Positions 27,479 through 32,101 of a DNA stretch of 32,101 nt are shown here, one piece after another. The DNA comes from an uncultured bacterium (GTDB taxonomy: Bacteria; Patescibacteriota; Minisyncoccia; Minisyncoccales; CBDVAW01). The position numbers were made by a program, and so were the translations under genes. Position 1 is the first letter of the stretch, and each line of letters starts with the position of its first letter. The stretch spans positions 1-32,101 of the forward strand of contig CBDVAW010000003.1 in the NCBI GenBank assembly GCA_965372095.1, given 5' to 3'. The notes beneath the pieces were generated by a model, which saw only the letters and a program-made list of their open reading frames with translations, was not told the origin of the DNA and made no database searches.

Positions 27479-27506
27479 ATTCGCTTATATAAATTCTAAC
27501 AATTAG

Positions 27507-27534
27507 ACAGCCGTGAAAACACGGCTGTTTTTTT
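27507..27534. terminator. Terminator-like hairpin between hpf and secA
   Basis: ACAGCCGTG-aaaa-CACGGCTGT. The T run is on the plus strand. Confidence 0.55.
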
Positions 27535-27566
27535 GAGTTTTTTTATTAATATTATTTTTCAGCCGG

Positions 27567-27980
27567 TTATTTCTTCCTAAATCTCGCCATCGGATCAATG
27601 CTAAAAAATTTTTTAATGCTCCGTGACCCTCTTATATATAAAGAATTTTTTCTTTTACAGTGTCTCTTAATACTTCTTTGAAGTTCATCTTTAGCCTCGT
27701 TAATAGCTAAATAAATATCATTTTTTATCGCTTCCGACCTTAAGCTGTTCCCAAAAAACTCTAACTGAACCTCCGCTCTGAAAATATCTCCTTTTCTGCT
27801 GCGACGCGATATTGTCCCCACTTCCACCCTGGCTTCTATAGAAGCTCTGCCTTTATCCGACAAATCACTTTCAATTTCTGTTCTTGTAATGAATCTTTCC
27901 AGGCTTCCAATTTTTTCTTCAACATATTCACGGATAGTCGGAGTTAATTCTAAATTAGTGGCCTTGATATTTATATTCAT
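27567..27980 (-). CDS. hpf: Ribosome hibernation promoting factor (HPF/RaiA)
   Basis: MNINIKATNLELTPTIREYVEEKI...DIYLAINEAKDELQR, upstream of secA as is usual. Confidence 0.92.
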   Translation of the reverse strand: MNINIKATNLELTPTIREYVEEKIGSLERFITRTEIESDLSDKGRASIEARVEVGTISRRSRKGDIFRAEVQLEFFGNSLRSEAIKNDIYLAINEAKDELQRSIKRHCKRKNSLYIRGSRSIKKFFSIDPMARFRKK

Positions 27981-28051
27981 TGATTTTTTTTAATGATACT
28001 TTATTTAAGAATAACAAATCAAGTTTAAAAAACAACCCTCGTTTTTGAGAC

Positions 28052-28115
28052 AAAAAAAGGATCCCCGCAGCTGACTCCGAAACAAAGTCTTAAGTGAGCG
28101 CTATCACGGGGATCC
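28052..28115 (-). ncRNA. Candidate small RNA 1 (about 64 nt)
   Basis: TGC-TACAAT (28130-28122) puts +1 at G28115. Closing stem GGATCCCCGT/GCGGGGATCC, inner hairpin GACTTTG/CGGAGTC, then T7. Confidence 0.6.
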
Positions 28116-28212
28116 ATTTATATTGTAGCAAATACTAAAAATAAGTAAACACTTTTATCTGCTAATCTACTTGAAGGCCAAATCTTTAAAAAGGTTCTAA
28201 AATAAATAAAGC

Positions 28213-28284
28213 AAAAGACCTTACTTTCGCAAGGTCTTCCGCCGACTTAGTATGGAGCCCCGATTGCTCGGGATCACACTCACT
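28213..28284 (-). ncRNA. Candidate small RNA 2 (about 72 nt)
   Basis: Consensus promoter, GCAA-capped hairpin TCCCGA/TCGGGG, and terminator AAGACCTTGC-GAAA-GTAAGGTCTT-TT. No ORF. Confidence 0.65.
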
Positions 28285-28290
28285 GTTACG

Positions 28291-28319
28291 ATAATAGCAA
28301 AATTAAACTATTTTGTCAA
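28291..28319 (-). promoter_or_regulatory. Promoter of candidate sRNA 2
   Basis: TTGACA (28319-28314), 17 nt, TGn-TATTAT (28296-28291). Confidence 0.75.
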
Positions 28320-28330
28320 CATCGGGCGCA

Positions 28331-28705
28331 TTATTTGCCTAAAAGCTCATTCATTTTGGCTCTGGTGGTAATTCCCACATACCCGGTTCCTTCTGTCAAT
28401 CCCCATGGATCCAATATCTCATCAGCATACTTTTCCTGGAAAGTTTTAACCGCGGCTTGAGTTTTAAAGCCGTAATATTCGGTTCCCGACCAAGACTGAT
28501 GATCCGGCACTTCCACGTCCAATATTGCCTTTAAATAAACAACATCTTTTAAATAAGCATTTGTCTTAAAATTAGTTCCAAAAGTAAAATCGCTCGGGAT
28601 TCCTTCATAAACCGGTTCTCCTATAATCTTGGCCAACTCTGATTTCAGAATAACTATTTGAGCTAATAAATCCACGATCTTGGCTTCCATTTCTTCTATG
28701 GTCAT
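28331..28705 (-). CDS. Peptidoglycan-binding-domain ORF, in frame with and probably the C-terminus of 28742..30097
   Basis: YYGFKTQAAVKTFQEKY...GTGYVGITTRAKMN pattern. Separated from the upstream ORF by one TAA plus 12 sense codons. Confidence 0.75.
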   Translation of the reverse strand: MTIEEMEAKIVDLLAQIVILKSELAKIIGEPVYEGIPSDFTFGTNFKTNAYLKDVVYLKAILDVEVPDHQSWSGTEYYGFKTQAAVKTFQEKYADEILDPWGLTEGTGYVGITTRAKMNELLGK

Positions 28706-28741
28706 TTCATTAACCGGGTTTTCTTCTTCCTCTTCTTCTTC

Positions 28742-30097
28742 TTATTGTTCTTCTTGTTCTTCGTTGTCTGAAACTTTAAATGTAACGGCTTCTAATATAA
28801 ATGGATGATCCGGCTCGGAATCGCCGAAATCATTTAATTCTCCGTTGACTGACGGGATAAGGACAAGAGACGAATAATTATTGCCAAAATCAACCACTTT
28901 GATAGTTCCCTGCTGGCTGCTATCTAAAGATAAAAAATTCAGGGAACAGGTATTGGACAAATCGCAAAGAAAATAAGGAATCTTAAAATCCTTTTCATCC
29001 ACTCCGTCAAATTGCAATTCTAAAGTTCCGCTACCTCCCATAAGCTTATACCAATTGCCCGACCAGTCCTTAACAGAGTCTTGAATTGTTAGCGTAGTTC
29101 TATCTGCAAACGGTAAAAAATTCAGAGAAGGGGAAATATGTAAATCTGCAAGATGTTCATTTAAATAACAATATTTGCCGCCTGAAGAGCAATCGTTAGA
29201 TAATACGGCGATTGTCCAATCAATGAATATCTGATAAAAATCTACCGTAAAACCGTTTTTTTGTAAGGCGCTATTAATGGAAGCAATACCTATTTCAGAC
29301 GAATGCAGAGCGTCAACTAAAATTTCTGTCCCATAATGATCAACCAAATATTGGATAAAAAGATTTAGAGCTCCATAATCATAGACTGATCCCTTCCATT
29401 CGGTAATGGAATCGCTCGGTTGTTTAAGAAAGTCGTTTACCCTATGCTCAAGGTTACTCCCCTTATAAACATCATCATATCCAACGGCAGTCGGAGCATA
29501 TTCGCTTAAAGCTTCATGAAACCATATATCCTCATTCAAACCATATTTCCTTTCTTTTTGATTGAAAGTTATCAGATGCTGAAATTCATGGGCTAAATAA
29601 CTTTTAAATAAAGGACTATCAATATGATGAGCATTAAGATAGATCATCTCTCTTTCGTTGGACGACGGCGCCTGGATTGTAGGATATTCATCATTGGTGC
29701 GTACATAGCCGGCGGCATTATTTGTCATTGGATGGATCAAGACAGTTATTCTTTCATCCATATCAATCCCCGGCTTCCATTCAAATCCAAAAAGAGAAGT
29801 CAATATGGGATAGATAGTTGTTTCAAACTCTTGTGACAGTTGATTTAAACTTGTTTTATATTCGTTTTGGCGAATAATACTAAGTGCATCCCACCAATTA
29901 TTATCAATATAGAAATACAATTTCTCGCTCATAATCCTAAGATTGGCGGTAACTTCATCTCTGTTCATAGCATCATATTCTTGAGCAACAAAAAAATCTG
30001 CCTGCTGGCCAATAGAATCAGCGCTGGAAATAAAAGGCAGACTTAATAATGTTATAACAAGAAATAAGAGAGTTTTTAGCTTATAATTCTTTCCCAT
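28742..30097 (-). CDS. Secreted zinc metalloprotease (HExxH, M30/immune-inhibitor-A-like), cut short by an in-frame TAA
   Basis: Signal peptide, LAHEFQHLI and WFHEALSE motifs. The stop falls inside a Glu-rich linker. Confidence 0.8.
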   Translation of the reverse strand: MGKNYKLKTLLFLVITLLSLPFISSADSIGQQADFFVAQEYDAMNRDEVTANLRIMSEKLYFYIDNNWWDALSIIRQNEYKTSLNQLSQEFETTIYPILTSLFGFEWKPGIDMDERITVLIHPMTNNAAGYVRTNDEYPTIQAPSSNEREMIYLNAHHIDSPLFKSYLAHEFQHLITFNQKERKYGLNEDIWFHEALSEYAPTAVGYDDVYKGSNLEHRVNDFLKQPSDSITEWKGSVYDYGALNLFIQYLVDHYGTEILVDALHSSEIGIASINSALQKNGFTVDFYQIFIDWTIAVLSNDCSSGGKYCYLNEHLADLHISPSLNFLPFADRTTLTIQDSVKDWSGNWYKLMGGSGTLELQFDGVDEKDFKIPYFLCDLSNTCSLNFLSLDSSQQGTIKVVDFGNNYSSLVLIPSVNGELNDFGDSEPDHPFILEAVTFKVSDNEEQEEQ

Positions 30098-30185
30098 GAG
30101 CAGTTGATAAAATAAAAGTTCACATTTTTTTGTTGATTGTGATTATTGTAGCATATTTTTTAATATTGTAACCCCTTTGTTTTAC

Positions 30186-30367
30186 GCAAAACTCGGCCTC
30201 ATTGACAAACTAAATCTATCAACGAGAGACCCGACCTCGTTGATATCCTTCGTTGTTTAAGGTTTAGCCTTAAACAACCTTAAATAAGAAAGATAAGGCT
30301 CTGCCTCCGGTTTCGTTGGCAGTCTTATTACGAAACCCGACCTCGTTGAAGAGGCCGGGTCTCGTTG
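30186..30367. repeat. Cluster of REP-like palindromes (consensus about CAACGAGACCCGRCCTCGTTG)
   Basis: Units at about 30186, 30220, 30303, 30330 and 30351 (inverted), plus the palindrome GTTGTTTAAGG-tttag-CCTTAAACAAC at 30252-30278. Confidence 0.8.
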
Positions 30368-30423
30368 GTAAAACTAAAACAGAATGTCCAATCTTTGTTA
30401 ACCCAACTTTATCACTTCCCGAG
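30250..30423 (+). repeat. Direct repeat copy 1 (at least 174 bp)
   Basis: Identical to 31928..32101 by base-by-base comparison. Confidence 0.95.
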
Positions 30424-30516
30424 GAGAGCGTTCAGTTTAGCCCTGGTCGTAGTCCCGACATATCCGGTTCCTTTAGTTAGCCCCCATGAGGCCAATATCT
30501 CACCGGCATATTTTTT
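30412..30516 (-). pseudogene. Orphan 3' fragment of a peptidoglycan-binding-domain gene (KKYAGEILASWGLTKGTGYVGTTTRAKLNALLGK*)
   Basis: 26/34 residues identical to the C-terminus of 28331..28705. No start codon or upstream domain. Confidence 0.85.
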
Positions 30517-30541
30517 CCATACAGTTGCAAAAGATTATAAT

Positions 30542-31783
30542 TTAATTATTTATATCCTTTAACCCCCATGGAAAAATAAAAATTTTTTCTTTCTTTTTCT
30601 CTCCCTTTAAACCAATAAAATAATATTGGCTTGGATTATATTTTTCTAAAAAATAACTCATTGATCTTTTAGAAAAAGAAGTGAAGTTAACTTTTGTTTC
30701 AATGGGAACTATTCTATTCTGAATTTTTAAAATAAAATCAATTTCTTTTTTATCTTTGGTCCGCCAAAAATTAATTGACTGCTTGCCAAAATTCTTTACT
30801 AATTCTGAAAAAATAACTGTTTCAAAAATTTCCCCCAAAATCTCAGGGGAAATTACTTTCAACCATAATAAATGAGCAAGACCGCTATCGTAGAAATAAA
30901 TTTTCGGGGTTTTAAAAAGTTCAGAGCGTAAATTTTTAGAAAATGGTTTAACCAATCTGATCACATAAGTATTCTCAAGAATAAAAAGATAATGCTTAAC
31001 GGTTTGCTTGGCCAAACGGCAAGTATTGGACAATTCCCCAATGTCTAAAAGCTGACCCGTCTGTGAAGCTAAAACTTCTAAAAGTTTATTGAACTTTTCC
31101 GTTTCTTTAACTTCGGCCAAGTCTCTGATATCTTTTTTCAGATAAGTATCAATAATTTGCCATAAATATTTTTCTTTTTTTTCTTTTTCGGCAGTTAAAG
31201 AAATTTTCGGGTAACCTCCATAAAGCGTAAATTCTATAAATAATTCTTTTAATTCTTCCTCTTTGACTTTAGTTAAAACCGGTCCCATTAAGCTTTTATA
31301 TTCCTTAAAGACTAAAAATTCTTCAAAGGAAAGTCCAAAAATTTCAAAGACTAACGCTCTTCCGACTAAAGCTTTCCCGATTTTCTTTCTAATTTCAAAA
31401 GTAGAAGAACCTGAAACCACTAATTTGAAATTTTTATAGTGATCTCTGATTAATTTTAGAAAATTTGTTGGATTTTTTAAATATTGAATTTCATCTATCA
31501 AAACAAAAATTCTTTTTTCAATATTAAATCCTTGCTCTAAAAGAAGTTTTTCCAAATTTTCCGGACCTTGGTTTAAGACTTCTAAATATCTTCTGTCTTC
31601 TAAATCAATATAATAAACTTGCTCTTTTTTCTCCAAAAGAAACCTTTTTAACCAATATAAAATAAAAGTTTTACCAACTTGCCGAGCTCCATAAAGAATA
31701 ATTACTTCTTTCTCATAAAGATATTTCAAGATTTCATCAATTGTTTTTCTTTTATATATTTTTTCTTTTTGCATTCTTGTCAT
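30542..31783 (-). CDS. AAA+ ATPase (AAA_14) with DUF4143 / PD-(D/E)xK-like C-terminus
   Basis: GARQVGKT, IDEIQ, SGSS, YGGYP, PKIYFYDSGL, EIDF...PIETK. Confidence 0.92.
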   Translation of the reverse strand: MTRMQKEKIYKRKTIDEILKYLYEKEVIILYGARQVGKTFILYWLKRFLLEKKEQVYYIDLEDRRYLEVLNQGPENLEKLLLEQGFNIEKRIFVLIDEIQYLKNPTNFLKLIRDHYKNFKLVVSGSSTFEIRKKIGKALVGRALVFEIFGLSFEEFLVFKEYKSLMGPVLTKVKEEELKELFIEFTLYGGYPKISLTAEKEKKEKYLWQIIDTYLKKDIRDLAEVKETEKFNKLLEVLASQTGQLLDIGELSNTCRLAKQTVKHYLFILENTYVIRLVKPFSKNLRSELFKTPKIYFYDSGLAHLLWLKVISPEILGEIFETVIFSELVKNFGKQSINFWRTKDKKEIDFILKIQNRIVPIETKVNFTSFSKRSMSYFLEKYNPSQYYFIGLKGEKKKEKIFIFPWGLKDINN

Positions 31784-31805
31784 ATTTTTGTATTTTTTTA
31801 TTTAA

Positions 31806-31855
31806 ACTTTTAGTTAACCGTACTTTCATTGTAGTTTAACTAAAAGTAAAGTCAA
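31806..31855 (-). promoter_or_regulatory. ATPase promoter with 12-bp inverted repeat (operator-like)
   Basis: TTGACT, 16 nt, TACAAT. ACTTTTAGTTAA (31806-31817) and TTAACTAAAAGT (31836-31847) flank the -10. Confidence 0.65.
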
Positions 31856-31927
31856 ATAGAGCAGATCATAGCGTTTTTGAATTAAGTAAAACTATGAAAA
31901 ACTTAATATTATCAACAAGACCCAGCC

Positions 31928-32101
31928 TCGTTGTTTAAGGTTTAGCCTTAAACAACCTTAAATAAGAAAGATAAGGCTCTGCCTCCGGTTTCGTTGGCAG
32001 TCTTATTACGAAACCCGACCTCGTTGAAGAGGCCGGGTCTCGTTGGTAAAACTAAAACAGAATGTCCAATCTTTGTTAACCCAACTTTATCACTTCCCGA
32101 G
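31928..32101 (+). repeat. Direct repeat copy 2 (truncated by window end), containing the REP-like cluster and ...LGK* codons at 32090-32101 on the minus strand
   Basis: Identical to 30250..30423. Confidence 0.95.

Noticed and set aside
28052-28284. Canonical raiA-motif RNA or twister-sister ribozyme
   Set aside because: Only short word matches (GAGUGUG, UAAGUC, GCGCUCA). The size and two-transcript layout do not fit by eye. A covariance-model search is still needed.
28742-28744. Stop-codon reassignment
   Set aside because: TAA and TGA terminate many intact genes here, RF2 is present, and only one interruption is seen.
919-29836. Many 60-150 aa ORFs antisense to or nested in recognised genes (e.g. 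919..1200, 3389..3754, 8234..8677, 16997..17398, 22596..22961, 24668..25024)
   Set aside because: Shadow frames of well-supported genes with no recognisable motifs.
30186-30367. CRISPR array
   Set aside because: Repeats are degenerate, in both orientations and irregularly spaced, with no uniform spacers and no cas genes.
30365-30562. 65-aa plus-strand ORF
   Set aside because: It is the antisense of the peptidoglycan-binding gene fragment.

Overview
AT-rich bacterial chromosome segment, almost all on the minus strand. The gene set and style suggest Patescibacteria/CPR, Parcubacteria-like (inference). Housekeeping genes: xseAB, mscS, ftsEX, prfB (with its +1 programmed frameshift), ftsB-like, lepA, murJ, cofE-like, rnhA, recJ-like, pgk, secDF, secA and hpf/raiA. 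There are three tRNAs (Gln-CTG, Thr-CGT, Gly-CCC) and RNase P RNA. The most unusual signals are non-coding. (1) A 272-bp MITE-like element with terminal inverted repeats and a TTTA duplication sits in the P12 loop of rnpB. (2) Two tandem small RNA genes upstream of hpf, each with its own promoter and terminator, are complementary to each other. (3) REP-like palindromes cluster near the right end and also occur in frame in the SecA C-terminal linker. (4) An AAA+/DUF4143 ATPase gene is flanked by an identical direct repeat of at least 174 bp that includes the 3' end of a peptidoglycan-binding-domain gene. Also present: an orphan PhnD-like binding protein with an output-less HAMP receptor, a metalloprotease gene split by one in-frame TAA, several unlisted small ORFs and many leaderless-type promoters. 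All calls are by eye; no database searches were run.
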